Source: Botryllus schlosseri (Eukaryota). From it: 64,000 nt of DNA. The notes under the pieces are model-generated. The model made no database searches and was not told the DNA's origin. It saw only the letters and a list, made by a program, of their open reading frames with translations. Positions 12,596-25,940 of this stretch are shown here, piece after piece; positions within the stretch are counted from its first letter, which is position 1, and every line of letters starts with the position of its first letter. A program made the position numbers and the translations under genes. The stretch spans positions 12,958,001 through 13,022,000 of the forward strand of contig CM119373.1 in NCBI GenBank assembly GCA_051294905.1. Reading direction: 5' to 3'.

Positions 12596-13117
12596 TAGGG
12601 CTGGGCAAAATCGAGTACCTGAGTGATTCGATTCTGAATCACGTAATATGCTTCGAGTGGAGTCGAGTAATCGAGTATCACTCATTATGACGTCATAACA
12701 GAATGTAATACGTCAAAGTTCAAATATGTACCGTTTATGCCACCACAAAGAATATAATGCCTGTTATCCATCTCATAACTGATACTTTGGTATTTTTCGA
12801 CCATACCGATTTCATTCCACTTGGTGACAATTTTGTCGGATAATCATGACTTCGGAAATTTGCTATGTCCAGTAACCTTCGTAGCTTTGTACGATATGTT
12901 TAGTATGCTACGATACCGCCAATCAAGATGTCAAGGCTTCACTAGTGGATGATAGTATCGAAACTATAATTCTAGATGATAAATTAACTTTCAGTGGCGA
13001 TAAGCGTATAATTCCAGTACTCGAAAAAATCGACTTTTGCTACTCGACTCGAATCATTAAAATTAATACTCGATTCAGATTCGAGTACTCGTATCATCGT
13101 GCCCTAATCGTGCCCTA
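12596..13117. mobile_element. hAT-type MITE, 522 bp, TSD ATCACTTC
   Basis: atcacttc|TAGGGCTGGGCA ... CGTGCCCTA|atcacttc, with many (G)ACTCGA subterminal motifs. Relatives at about 41960-42968, 48860-49150 and 58870-59160. Confidence 0.9.
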
Positions 13118-13140
13118 ATCACTTCCCATACACTACTCAC

Positions 13141-13318
13141 GATTCATAAGCGGTAACAGTGACTTTCGTGGCAGCTAAAGCCGCTTGGAGATGTAGCTGT
13201 AACGACGGTACCGACGCTGTGTCGTTTCCAACTTGAATCAGCAACAGCGACGACGTTCCCTTCCCTTCGCCCAACGAATTCCTTGAATATTCCAGCTCAC
13301 GCTCCAGTACGCCGCCAG
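13141..13318 (-). CDS. ptc: Patched exon 3 (SGGVLERELEYSRNSLGEGKGTSSLLLIQVGNDTASVPSLQLHLQAALAATKVTVTAYES)
   Basis: Not in the ORF track; read by hand. cccttgtag|CT ... TC|gtgagt, phase 1 to 2. Matches PTCH1 'GGRVSRELNY...QLMIQ...HLDSALQASRVHV'. Confidence 0.93.
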
Positions 13319-16300
13319 CTACAAGGGAAGAATAATAATATATACGCTATTATTGGATTCGCTATCAACAAATATGCATCGGGGTTCCAACGGGGGTGAT
13401 TAGACTAACGCCTTTCTTGTGACAGGAATTGCAAGAATGCAGATTGCATTGTATAAACTAAGTAAGAAATTTGGTACACTTGTAAAGGGATATTTTGTCC
13501 CACTCCAGTCATACTCCACTACTACATAAATTTGCCAGGATTGCATTTCAACGCGCTGACAATGTCAGCAAAGGCTTCAGTACTTGTCATTTTACAACCT
13601 TCTGTCATTTAAACATTCAAAATTCCAACTGACTGGGTATTTCCAATAGCTCATATTGAAACACCGATTGAAAATCACCACCAGAAAAAGTATTCGTGAC
13701 ACGCGACCAAACAGTGGATTCCAAAGTGCTTGTGCCGCCGTTATCAAACGGTCATTTTGCGTGAGAATATTTGGTCTATGTCTCCTAACGTGTAGTTTAG
13801 TTTGTACCTTTTAAAAATAATCTTAAAATTCTGTTCTTCGAACCAGGGTCATAGCAATTTTTCACTTTATTACCAATCCACACAAATTTCCACGACGCGT
13901 ACATTCCACATATCAAACATACGACTACAAGTATAAAATACCGAATACATCTCAACGGCTAAACCTTGACTGAGTCACAGATGAAGTTGGTGAAAATCAG
14001 ACGTTGCAAAGCGCGTGTAGGAATCGCTGCGCCTCAAATACGGTGTTGACAAGAACTGTTATTTTCCCAACTTTTCTGAGTGCTCCGACTAGGATTAGGA
14101 TTCGCAACTCCTCATAGTTGCCTCGAACGGCACGGACGAGATGTAATTCTAATCTACCGTTGAAACGTCACGCCGTTGCCCTCGCCTGTCTGTGAACACG
14201 ATCTTGGCTTTTCTTGGAATACACTTCGATGGAAGCGATTAAAATAGCACTATTTCACCCCTAATCGGCAGCGCGAAAAGGCTGTGGAAAGATCTCGAAA
14301 CTAGAAATGGGAGCGATAATGCTATACTTTCACAGAGCGTAGTTAGAACCATGCAATGCTGTTTTTTATTGAGCTATTTTCGTTCTCACTTGATTCGAAC
14401 AGGAGCAAAACGTAAATAATGAATAGCAACTTACTCTGAGATATCGCTACATACTTTAGTTAATCTAGTTCATCATATAGACACTGACATTGACAGTTTA
14501 CACACTAGAGCATCGATCAAATCCACAATTCGCATGACCCACATACCAGGCTACAGCATGAAATATTTTCAAGCTATCATTAGTGAAAATTGGAAGCGCC
14601 ACTTCGGACAATCGATAAATATTTATTGCTGATTCTCTCGTCCACAGATAGTCATTTTCGATTGGACAACCTGCGAGTTACTGTAGAGTAGGGCTGTTCA
14701 CTATATTCGGATGCCTCCATAAGAAATTTATCCGGGATAACTAGCGTTCGGTTCAAATTCATCTTCGGTACACTAGCCTTGATAATAATAGGTTCGTGTT
14801 AGCAAAAGAACCCGTGAAGATTTTCGTGGAATATCACAATTTTACAGTTATACCAACATTGGTAATCGAGTTTCCTTGTATTTCACCAACCTACCAATGG
14901 CTGCATCAAGATGAAAGCTAAAAGGATTTTCAACGGAAACTAAAATAAGCTTTGTACTGTCAAAAATCAAAGTGATTTTCGAGAATATTGCGTGACATAT
15001 CTCGCGATTACGATTAGCTCGCTTTACTGGAAGAGATCTAGAGCGAAATCATGAGCCTATCTTCCCTCGTACTGGGGACTAAGTTATTGCTGATGCACTT
15101 TCAACTGATGTTGGGAACCAGTGGTGAAAAAGTGTTGCTATGGAACCCAACAATGCCGGGTGCAAATAAAGGTCCCCTGTAAGCAGGAAAAACACCTGCT
15201 CTATTAAAAATTTACCGATAACTTGCTATAACATCCTGATAGGACATTCTGCTCAAGTCACATCGTCATAAATTATATATTTTGAATGATAACAAACACC
15301 CATATTTTATAGTTGTACTTGTCCAGATGAAGGCGAAGACAAGACCGAAAAAGGCGAACTGTAATTGAATAAGCATTGTGCCGCCACGCGATATGATATT
15401 TTACTGCCCACGTTTTTGTGTACAGCTAAACTTTACTGGAATATCGTGTTCACACAAACCGTAATATATATCAATAGATCGAGGCCTACGATAACCGAAT
15501 AGATTCTATAAAATTTTAAGCAAGCCAAATCTATAGGACTACGACTAATTACTGATATATATGATATACCACAGTCTACGCCCGTGTATTTCTCCAGACA
15601 ATCACTGGCAAGCGGATTGCATAGTTGCAAATCTAAGTAACATTATTGATGTATTAAACATCCAGCCGATGATACAATAAACATCGTGTCCAAAGATAAT
15701 TCCACACCCATGATCTATCAAGGGTCACATGAAAATCCAGCAAGCGATATGCGCACATCCAATCTCATTTTATTGAAATGTCTTCAACATATTCCAGTAC
15801 TAAATCCCGTAGTATAACTGCACGGATTCTGCGTAAAACGCATGCTTCAATATGAATCACATGCCCGCCAATTTACGGCTGCTCTATCAGTGTTAAGTCT
15901 ATGAGAATTTGATGCGGCACAGCCCGAATGGCGGTCAAACATCACACATGCGTGATTCAAACACACTAAAAAATGATGAATCGCGTAATTACTATAAAGT
16001 GCTACTGGCAATCGCTAAAACACGGGTGACGCGTAAGCCCACCGACGCTACACAATGCAATGCAATTTGAGCCACACACGCGATGGCCACCGTTACCGCC
16101 AAATTGTCCGTGAAAATCCCGAAATTACATAACCCAGTTGTTGGAATCAGACGATATGGTATCATCGAATGATGCATGGTCATGGTCACACCTTTATCAC
16201 TCAATTAATATTCCTATATGCAAAGTCGAATGAACTCTATAGAACGCGAGATTCGATTTACAATATGATTGCGGTGACGGATAGCCAATTAAGCGAAATT

Positions 16301-16534
16301 AGATCTTATATTCATATCGTTTGCGACCTCGTAACGTTGATGTATCGATCCTTAGATTTTTCTTTATGTGGGCACTGTGCAGTACATTCGTAAATGTAAA
16401 TATTATGTGGAACACCATGTTCATGTTACATTATTAAATTGGCGTAATATGTAACGTCGCTGGCAGTACATTTCGTCTGGACTTTTCTGCTTTACAATAT
16501 TTATTTGGATATAAAGTTATAGCAACACAGCTTT

Positions 16535-16860
16535 TTTTCAAATTAGATTAGATTTAGAATGATAGCTACACAATTAATGCAAACTAAATTAGAATTAGAA
16601 TTGCTGAATTCGCGAAAACTCGGAGATCTAATCCAGTCCAGTTCATATTATTTTAGTATTTCTGAACACGGCAAATGTCTGTACAGCAAGCTTGGCTCGT
16701 TTCGTTATGCACGGAACAGGTCTCCTGTGAAATATTCAGGAAAACACAAAATTAGATTTGAATAACAATAAGAACAAAGAAATAGCTTAAAAATTTTACT
16801 TCAATTAGATTACCGGATTTCTCTCTCATCAGCCCACTACAAAACTAGAATTTACTAGTT
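16535..16860 (+). repeat. TAGAAT-rich dispersed repeat (related copy at about 43905-44290)
   Basis: Shares (t)tagaat..gctacaca...ttagaattaga-ttg---gaattcg--aaaa...atccagt-c-agt-cat with 43920-44070. Confidence 0.55.
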
Positions 16861-17295
16861 GTCCAGCCCTGCCAGGAACCCAGAATTCTTGCACGGCACG
16901 ATGCCAATGCGCATCGCCTGTCTAGTTTGTGAGATTACAGTACTACAATCCGCATGGGATACACAGAGTATATAAATAACCACCGCAAAATTGATATTTA
17001 GGCTACCTCTCCAATTAACCAAACAAAACACCGCTTCCGATAACCATTAGACAGCCTTGACCCTGAACATCCGGCCGGATCGTTTTTGTGAAAATACCAT
17101 ACACTTGGTAGTGTATTCGGAAACAGAAAATCAATATAGGACATTTCAATTTCAGTCATGATTTTGCTCAATATGCGCAAACGGGCATCCCTATTTTGTA
17201 TCCTAAAGTAACATCTCACACTTTCACACATTTGTTCCATTCGTTATTGCATTATTCTTAGCCTGCATTTCTAGCAGTGCAGAGCATGAGTCAAT

Positions 17296-17576
17296 TTGAT
17301 GGGTAGGTCGCGGGTTCAATCTCGGCCGATCAGACCAAAGATCTGATTAGTAACATGGCTTCCCCGCTTGGCGCTCAACATTACCTGGAGAGCACGGAGG
17401 GGTGGTACAAGACTTAGGAAACCTTACAAGGCTATATCTGCACCTTCCTTGTCCGGCGACATATGCACATCATGCACTCATGGTGCACAATGCACATGCA
17501 CAGATCGTGTGTATGTATATCATGAGTCGGTGTATACCCCGCAAAACTATCAAGGCCAGAAATATACAACGTTCTT
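17296..17576 (+). mobile_element. tRNA-derived SINE family 2, 5'-truncated copy
   Basis: B-box-like ggttcaatctc followed by cagaccaaaga-ctgattagtaaca...tggcttccc-gcttggcgctca; matches the 61665-62000 copy. Confidence 0.85.
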
Positions 17577-20500
17577 TTAGTATTCCTATCTACTCAACAA
17601 TAACAATTTCTAACACTTATATGGGACCTGTCTAAGAACATGACCCATCCGAAACGGGTTTATAGCAATTTTTATACAAAAACATTTGATTGCGTAAGGT
17701 ACTCTGTAAAGCAACATCCTGATGCTGCAGGTCAAATGTACCCGGAAATCGACATGGATTAAAGGCCCATTCCGCGACTGAATGTCTAGTTTCCTGATTA
17801 CGCTCTTCTGCGCGTAACTTCTCAAACATTCGTCATTGACTTGCGCGTATCAGGCGCTAATTTTAAGTACTGCACATCAGACGTAGAAGGTATATACTTG
17901 CTTGCAAAGTCACCGAATCTGTTAGCCTACCAATTAGTTGAACAAGCAGTGATTTTTGCGACATTGGGCAAATAGTAACATTTGGATATGGTGTTACGAA
18001 TATGGTCGACTTTACATGCGGTACGTAATTGATATTTCGGAAACATGCTCGATAGCAACTTGGAAGAGGATATGAAAATTGAGTGAATTCAGTCTTTCGA
18101 TATGGGTTATAACACTGGATTAGGAGATATTTAATCTGCCCGTCTCTGGTAAATAGCAGCTGTGGAAGTTTCTATAAGCATAGTAAAAGATTGGCAGCCT
18201 ACGTACAAAGTTTGAATTTTTTAGTTATGTCAAGCGATCTGCCTCTATAATTATTATGCAATGCTTTGGCTATTTCAAGTCAAAAGCAGATGTTTGGAAC
18301 TTTCAATTGTCGATAATCATAACGAATTGATAAGTTTCAAGCGAATGGGACCTTGAAATTTGTATATTCATATACGGTAACCCGTTTCAAAGTTATGCAC
18401 GCCGTATTTCATACAGCCCTTTCCGCTCCGTCTTCGAGGTATTTGACGTCGCTGAGGCATGAAAGCAAACCGCATTCTTCCAGCGCACAGCCGTCAACTT
18501 GTGTGGCACGGTTTTGAGGCGATTTTGTAATAAACGAGCGCATTCCGAAAAATGGAAGGTGCGAAAGGTGAATATCGAAGCTCGCCAAGCAGCAGGCCAT
18601 ATCACACACGCTAACGCCGTGACGGAAATGATGAAACGGGTAGCAATGTGGGCATTGGCGATCTGGGTTTATGATTTATAGCGCCGCGGTTCTGTAAGGC
18701 ACTTCGTAAATTAGGTCAGGGGATATGAAAATGTCTGAGTGGAGCAGAGAATGATGTTGGGAAGAACCGACCGATTCTCATCTGCATCATAGCAGCGTTG
18801 TTTCCACAACAAACATGTACTCGCGTCCATGATACAAAATCATTGTTAGTGATAACTCGGGTGAGTTTATTGACATGTCAAAAAAAGTCAACATTTTGCC
18901 AAAATTATAGCGTTAATAAGTCAAAACGTGTTTGCAATCCGCATGTCATTTGTATCGTAGATGTTTGCAATGTCGGTGAATTTATTTGACATTTTACAGA
19001 TTGTAGCTTACTTCATAGGCCTACCGTTGTAGACCATTGGCTTCTCATTGCGAAACAATTAGTGAAACAATTAGGTTGACATGGTGTTATGTTCAACGTA
19101 CCGCAATACCCAAACTAAAGGAAGACTGCGTGGGCATCGGGTCTTATGTCCAGAAGAGCATGATGATGAATAGGGATGTAGACAACATTGTCGGAATGAA
19201 GCAACACGGTTTATCACCAGCAGTGTACGCGCATTCGAACAACTTCTGTTTTGCCTGTTAACAACTGCTACTGTTGAATGTTATTTCTCTATTCTTGGCA
19301 AGCTACTTGGTAAAGACAGACACTTTCTAGCAGAGAATGTATAGGAAAGAATCTTCGTTGTGGTACTACATCTACAACAAATTGTAATTCTTCCTACCAT
19401 AATGCGTGGGGTAACTACTGGACTTCTTCATAGGTCTAGATTTCGTTAAAATAAAAGATTTTACAGGTACAAATTTGTCAAATTTCAAGTCAAAAAGTTG
19501 TTTTCATGCCGAACTACTCCGTGAGGTCAAAATCGTTTTTTGGAAAAAAAAATCGCCCTACTGATACTAATGCTGGGCACAGTGATGCGACTACCCATGG
19601 CCTGTTTTTAGTAGGCCATGGAGTACCCGATTCTGAATCTTGCATTAACTCTAACGATTCGAATCGACTACTAAAATATGATTTTTTTTCGTGTACTCAA
19701 ATTATACAATCATTGACACTAAGAGACAAAACTTGTGTCACATTTTTATTCGGCTTCAATTCCTCATTGAATGCCACCATGTGGAATCTCCTCTTGTTGA
19801 AGACGAATTCATACAAATCAAATATTTGTTTGTTTGTGATATCAAATCAAAAACAAAAAGTGCTTGATTAAGTGGTCGATCGCATATTATTTTTAAATTT
19901 TGACATGCCTGGATATTAGGATTACATTGAACTACATTACATGCATATAGTTGCCAGAAGACATGTTTAGATACACATATATATATCACAACATAGCATA
20001 TTAATGGTGAGGATTCACCTAGCGGGATTCACACTGAAATGGTGAAAGTGTTTAGAACGTAGGAAACACTCAAACACCCATCAGAATTCCTTAATCAATT
20101 CGGTCAAAAAGTCTATGGCTTTTTCTCTATAGCATTACCGACCACAACGTGTCGTGTGGTGGATCATTGGTAAGACACCGGCTTATAGCGATGCCATTAC
20201 AAGCGCTGCACCTTGTATGAATGAAGGGTTCTGATATTCCTCAATTGACACCGGATTAGAGTTTGCCTTTCATGAATGCGCGGGAAGATTTACTTCGTGA
20301 ACACATCGACACGGATGAACAGTTGGAAATTGTGGTGTTGACTAAAATTTCCACAAGGGCGGGTGTATTTATTGCATGACGATGCATCAAATATATACTA
20401 TTTTTGTCGAGTACTGAATTTCTTGGAAATTTTATTCAAATAACCACTGGTATTCTGTGATATCAAGACACTGCGTGCTGCTCAAGCCATGTTCAAAAAT

Positions 20501-20929
20501 CGACGGCACATGAAACGTTTGATATTGAACTACCATGATCCAGTCTCTCGTCGATAACCCCAATTGTTACTGATTCAAATAACTACACTCGAAGTAAAAT
20601 AATGAAAACGGGAAACCGTAGGACAAGATAGAAACAATAAGGACCCAATATCATATCTTCGCATAGATTAATTAACACACCCCGACTTATCTCTTCACTA
20701 CTCTGCACTACCATCATATAAGGAAGAAGAGGAGTCTACCCAGATTGTAGTGAATGATATCGAGACATGCTCAATGCTTACAGACATACAGCAGTATTTC
20801 AATCGAAAAATAAGTTCAATATGCAATGTTTGACATTACCGAAACACAAACACTTCTTTTTCATGTTGACATACAAAATTGTTCCATCTTGAAAACCTTT
20901 TGCTGGCGTGTATATTTATCAAGAAATAA

Positions 20930-21180
20930 TAATAAATTCATATTGAAAAGACCCGAATTTTTCAGGCTGACACTCGTCAGCAACTAGTAGAGAATTGGAT
21001 AGAACATTGTATATCGACAATCGTATGTTGTTTCCAATTCGCTGCTATATATACTATACAGTTACTGACGATTGCCCTGACGATTAACCCTGAGTGTCAG
21101 CCAAAAATGCACGGGTTTATTTCAATAAGAATAGATTTGTCAATTGTATATTGAAGTTTTGTAACTCTAAAAGTCTCTTG
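20930..21180 (-). repeat. Degenerate copy of the asymmetric hairpin family
   Basis: ttcatattgaaa-gacccgaattttt...ctgacactcgtcagcaactagtagagaattgg...caattgtatattgaagtt tail. Confidence 0.8.
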
Positions 21181-21806
21181 CCAGGAAATGGCCAATAGCT
21201 GTTTGTTAATATTGGGTGTTCAATGTCCAGGCTTTCCAATGGCTAGAACGCAGAAAACCAGACAGACAATTTCACGCAACTTCACGGTCCTAACATCGCG
21301 CTCACTGCTACGTACCGCAGCGGAAAAAGCAACGATGACGCATCTCGATTACCACACTACAATCGTCAGAGATCCCGCTGCGCAGATATCTGCGACAGTT
21401 CCCTCGAAATCGCACATTTCACGCATCGCCAGGCGCGCGCACGCTGGCCGGAATATCACTTACAGCGCATTGTCTTCAGAGATGGTATGCGCCGATAATG
21501 TACAATCGAACGAATAGGTAGGTGGTCGGATGCAGAAGCGGTTGCTTGTTTTCCGGTAAATATTAGGATAGTCTTGACCGAAACATGATTACGCCGCAAA
21601 CATAGTAAATCTCTTTTACGACTGACCGCACTGCGAATGATAAATGCGTCCGTGTGTAAGCGGGTGATTCAAGTCCATTCCGTGTCGATTTCGATGTGAA
21701 AGTAAAATTTGTTGAATATTCTGGATGGGTATTTTACGCACATTACAGGCTTTTATAACAGTCTATTAAGACCTCATTCGTGCACACATATTAATACTAG
21801 TACTAT

Positions 21807-22057
21807 TTGAAGAGCTTCTTGGAGATACAGAACTTCAATATACAATTGAATAGTATATTCATATTGAAATGAACCCGAATATTTTCGGCTGACACTCGTC
21901 AGGCATAATCGTCAGCAACTAGTAGAGAATTGGAAAGAACATTGTATATCAACAATCGTGTTCTTTCCAATTCTCTACTAGTTGCTGACGATTACCCCTG
22001 ACGAGTGTCAGCCGAAAATATCCGGGTTCATTTCAATATGAATATACCATTCAATTG
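21807..22057 (+). mobile_element. Asymmetric foldback element: ~100-bp near-perfect arms plus a ~30-nt one-sided tail, flanked by a TACTAGTACTAT direct repeat
   Basis: Arm 21841-21938 is the reverse complement of 21961-22059; 12-bp direct repeat at 21795-21806 and 22058-22069. Confidence 0.8.
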
Positions 22058-25000
22058 TACTAGTACTATGCAAAATGGAAAATCTGGGTGATTCGTTATC
22101 TAGGCTATTATTAAGATTGTATGTCATCATTACAGCAATAATAGCTTTTAAGGTTGAAATATATACCGCTTTTGCGGCCACGACGATAACGTGACCAGTT
22201 AGACGTCGTCCAGAATACTTTTCTATTTCTGAACCTAGACTATTTCGTACCGCTGTATAACCATTGCCGTGCCGATCACCACAAGATGTAAATGTCGCTG
22301 AATGTAAAATCCGTACCCTTATGCAACATGTCATTGCTGGGATACGGATAACACGTGATTCTAGACTCCGGCGGTGTAAAAGAGTTATCGAAACTACATT
22401 TTTCGTTGACGAAATTGGTCCACCTGGCGGGAAAGCTTATATTCGGTGACTCGAAAAATTCGACTCGAATCATCAATTGGAAGACTCGAATCGCTACACG
22501 CAGTTCTAATAAATACCATGTAATGAACTCAATAGACATCACTGGAAGCTGGCAATTAAGTTGACAGTCGTGGTTTAAAGCTGTACTGAAGCATTCAATT
22601 TCTCATTAATCTAGATCAGAAATAGAGTAGTACAAAATACCGATAGCGAAGGTACGAAATATATGAAGTTCTCGTCCATATAGAGATTCAAGCCCCCTAA
22701 ATAGTTAAATTAAATGCCGTGCATCAATAATATCATTCGCGCATTGTAAATTTCAATGAATCTATTTCTTATTTCTTTGTCACCTCGCCAAAATCAATTA
22801 CTTCCACCTAAAATTTGACCGTACGAGTTCGTCATTTGGGATTTGTCGTACGCTCGTGATGGAACATAATTTGAGTCACATTACGTTCCTAGATATTAGG
22901 CGTAGACCAACGCGATTTCACCTGTACACCAGATATGAACATCCCACGAATTCTTATGACAACTTATCGCCATGCTGCAAAGTCGATAATGTCGCGATAC
23001 ACCAACAGTAATCAAGAGTTCCACATCAAGCTACTTATTTTACGAGGCATCGCTTGGTAACACCGGCTCTTAATCTTTCTAGCCACAACAGCGCATTGCG
23101 CAGTCACAAAAACTGTCTTGCTACACGTCTATCTCCGACAAATAGCTCGTCTCCAATAAAAGAAAGTCAGACTTTCATAGCGAGATGTGGGGCGTACTAA
23201 TTTATGAAAATATTACAAAATATTTGAACTCAAAGCAGATTGAATCCTCAATTGAATTGCAACTGAAAATTCAGCCCTACACTGTAAGAAAGAACAACCT
23301 TTCCATTTGACAGTTTATGAAAATGGCAGGTGGTCGAATTTGAAAATCTACTCGAATACTCGTGTATAGTCCCACCTTATAAAAGGAGCCGAAGCGGGTT
23401 CGGTAAAGATATGCAGTTAGCACTCTCACAGGTATGCTTATTGGCACATTTATAGTTTCAATACCGTGATATAATGTGGTTTGACACAACTATGAACATG
23501 ACAAAAGGGTTTGGATAACCATGAACGCACGCACAACGTTTGGTTTAAAATTTGAGGCAATAAGAGCGTGAAAGTGTACAACACTTTCAAACTAGCTTTC
23601 CGGTTAGAACTGATCAAATTCTTGTGTAAAAATTGCGGTGTCCTAGTTAGAAGTTGAGATTTTCGAATAACACCAAAGGATATCAGTATACTATTGCTCA
23701 TGTTGCGTGGATTAGCCCATAAGCGGTTTCGATTTCGAACGAAGTATTAAAGAATAAACGAAATTAAGGCATCATCGGTTACTTGCATGATTTCAACGCA
23801 TTTAATTAAGAAAATTTCAATTCCAGCCGGGGCCTCCGATAAGTATCGTAGGCCCAGTTCCAGCGTTGAAGTAAACTCACATCATATCTTAACAGTGTTT
23901 CCCCATTCATAGAATCATTGTTATCAAGGTCACTTCGCGATTGTGTTATTGTTATCAAGGCGTATAATTAGGCCTCCACCCACTCGTTAAAGACATCATC
24001 GAAAAACCGCGCGTCGTTGTTGATTCGAAAATGACATGCGAACCAATTGAAAAGCATATCATTACCCTCTAAAGAGGCAGACAGAAGCGAAAACACGGAA
24101 ATGCTATTTCCAATCGGTAGGAATTTTTGTGGATGAGCTGATTTATTGGTACAAACTGCAGGCGTTGTAGCTGCATGTCGCGGGTAAACCGCCTTAAAGT
24201 CTGTCTGACGCTTGACACGGTATTTTAATCACGTGATTTTCAATAGAAAAGTTAATGACATTGCATCTAGATTTGTAAATTCGCTTGACTGCATTAGATC
24301 ACGAATTTGAACGGCGGAGGAGAGGTCGCTCGTATGGCCTTACTTGAAATTATTACTCATGCAGACGCTAATCTTAAAATATATACTCATTCGGCATGAT
24401 AGTTACATCAAAGCGGTAATTAATGAATAAAAGTCGCTTTGAAACTTACTGATAACCAGGTTTGAATTACAGTTCTATGCTCAAAGCGGGACTAATGAAG
24501 CATTAATCGAGAATTCTGGAAATGGAGTTGAGTATTTGGGTGAAACGATGAACATTAACATTCAACGACACTATATTCATATGTGAACCTGTATAACTGA
24601 TTGAATCAGTCTGGGAGGCGTGTAGTTGTCTTTACAAATCTATTGGAAAACAATTGCGATAAAGCCGTGGTTCTGACCACCGAAAAGTGCTGGAATACTT
24701 GAAGTCCCGCAAGCCATGAAGCTACCTATAGCTATATGTAGTGTTTATGTGTCTAGTCAACTATAGAGATACTTGGATAGACATAGTCGTAGCCGTAGGG
24801 GTGTGGGGCTCAGAGCGGTATGCGAGTGTCTGCTTTGTAACCCAAAATAACAGCAACGTCATTTCACATCTGTGAATTCTCAGCCCACCCAACATTCACC
24901 TCTGCTGCGATAGTAACCCGTGCCTGATGCCTATGCAGCTACCGTGCGTTACACGTGGCATTCGCTAAAATATCAAGCAGTGGAGTGTTAGTACTCTTTT

Positions 25001-25769
25001 GAATAAATATCCACATCGCATGTGTAATAAAATGCCGAAATTCCTGCACGAAGACTATAAGTCCATAAGCCAAAGCTAGAGCGGCATTACACCGAACGTA
25101 CATTGAGACTGCCTTTGATTGATGACCGTAGGATTACTTCAACTGTAACGCTCCATTTATCATAATTTCGGTCACTAAAACTATTTCAACCTTCCCAAGA
25201 CGCGATATATATGTTTTCCGACGCTTGAAAGAAAATTCCGTCAAATACCGCGATACATAACCGATATTTATGGGTTTGGAATGGAGAAAAACAGTTAATT
25301 GGGTCATTTTCTGAAAGGGATTCTGAATTGGATTTGAGGAAATATAACAAAGTTCAACTTTGAAGTGCGTGGCGCATGCAACCGGCGTCTATTTTTATAT
25401 GTAATGCGTGATGTGACATATTATACAATGCTCGGAATACTAGCGTCATATCAATTAAATTCTATTTGGATGGAGTCGTAATACGACATTCAGATGATGT
25501 GCTGTCATAAGAAGACATAAATTGGTTTACATACGCCGATGGTCCTACCAATACCTAGTCGCTACGTGTTCCCTATACCGTGTATACACTATAGTATATC
25601 CGAATGCAAGTGAACACAGCATCACGTTTGTAAGTTGCGTATGTGTACCGTGATCAGTTAAAAATAACCTTACCAAATTATCGACCGATATCACTTCTAG
25701 CATATTTGGTCATGAATATAAAGCGGATCGCAGTGTAGACAACGATTTAGCATGTACTATCACAGCCCC

Positions 25770-25940
25770 AAAGCTTACCCTAACTCCGAAATAAACACGT
25801 TTATATCTGCTAACCCCAAACCCGACCCGAATCAAATCATCAATCTAACCATACCCGGGACTAACCCCAAATTTTACCCACATGCTCAAGTGCCGCATGT
25901 CATATTGTCGCATGTTCAAATGTCCAAGGACCACTTCTAG
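25770..25940. repeat. Degenerate CTAACC/AACCC-containing non-autonomous element end
   Basis: Spaced ccctaac/ctaacccc/aaacccgacccg motifs followed by repeated cgcatgtca...atgtcc. Confidence 0.35.

Noticed and set aside
19506-22564. ORFs of 100-120 aa in Patched intron 2 as a nested gene
   Set aside because: No domain resemblance, several overlap repeats, and there is no consistent exon chain.
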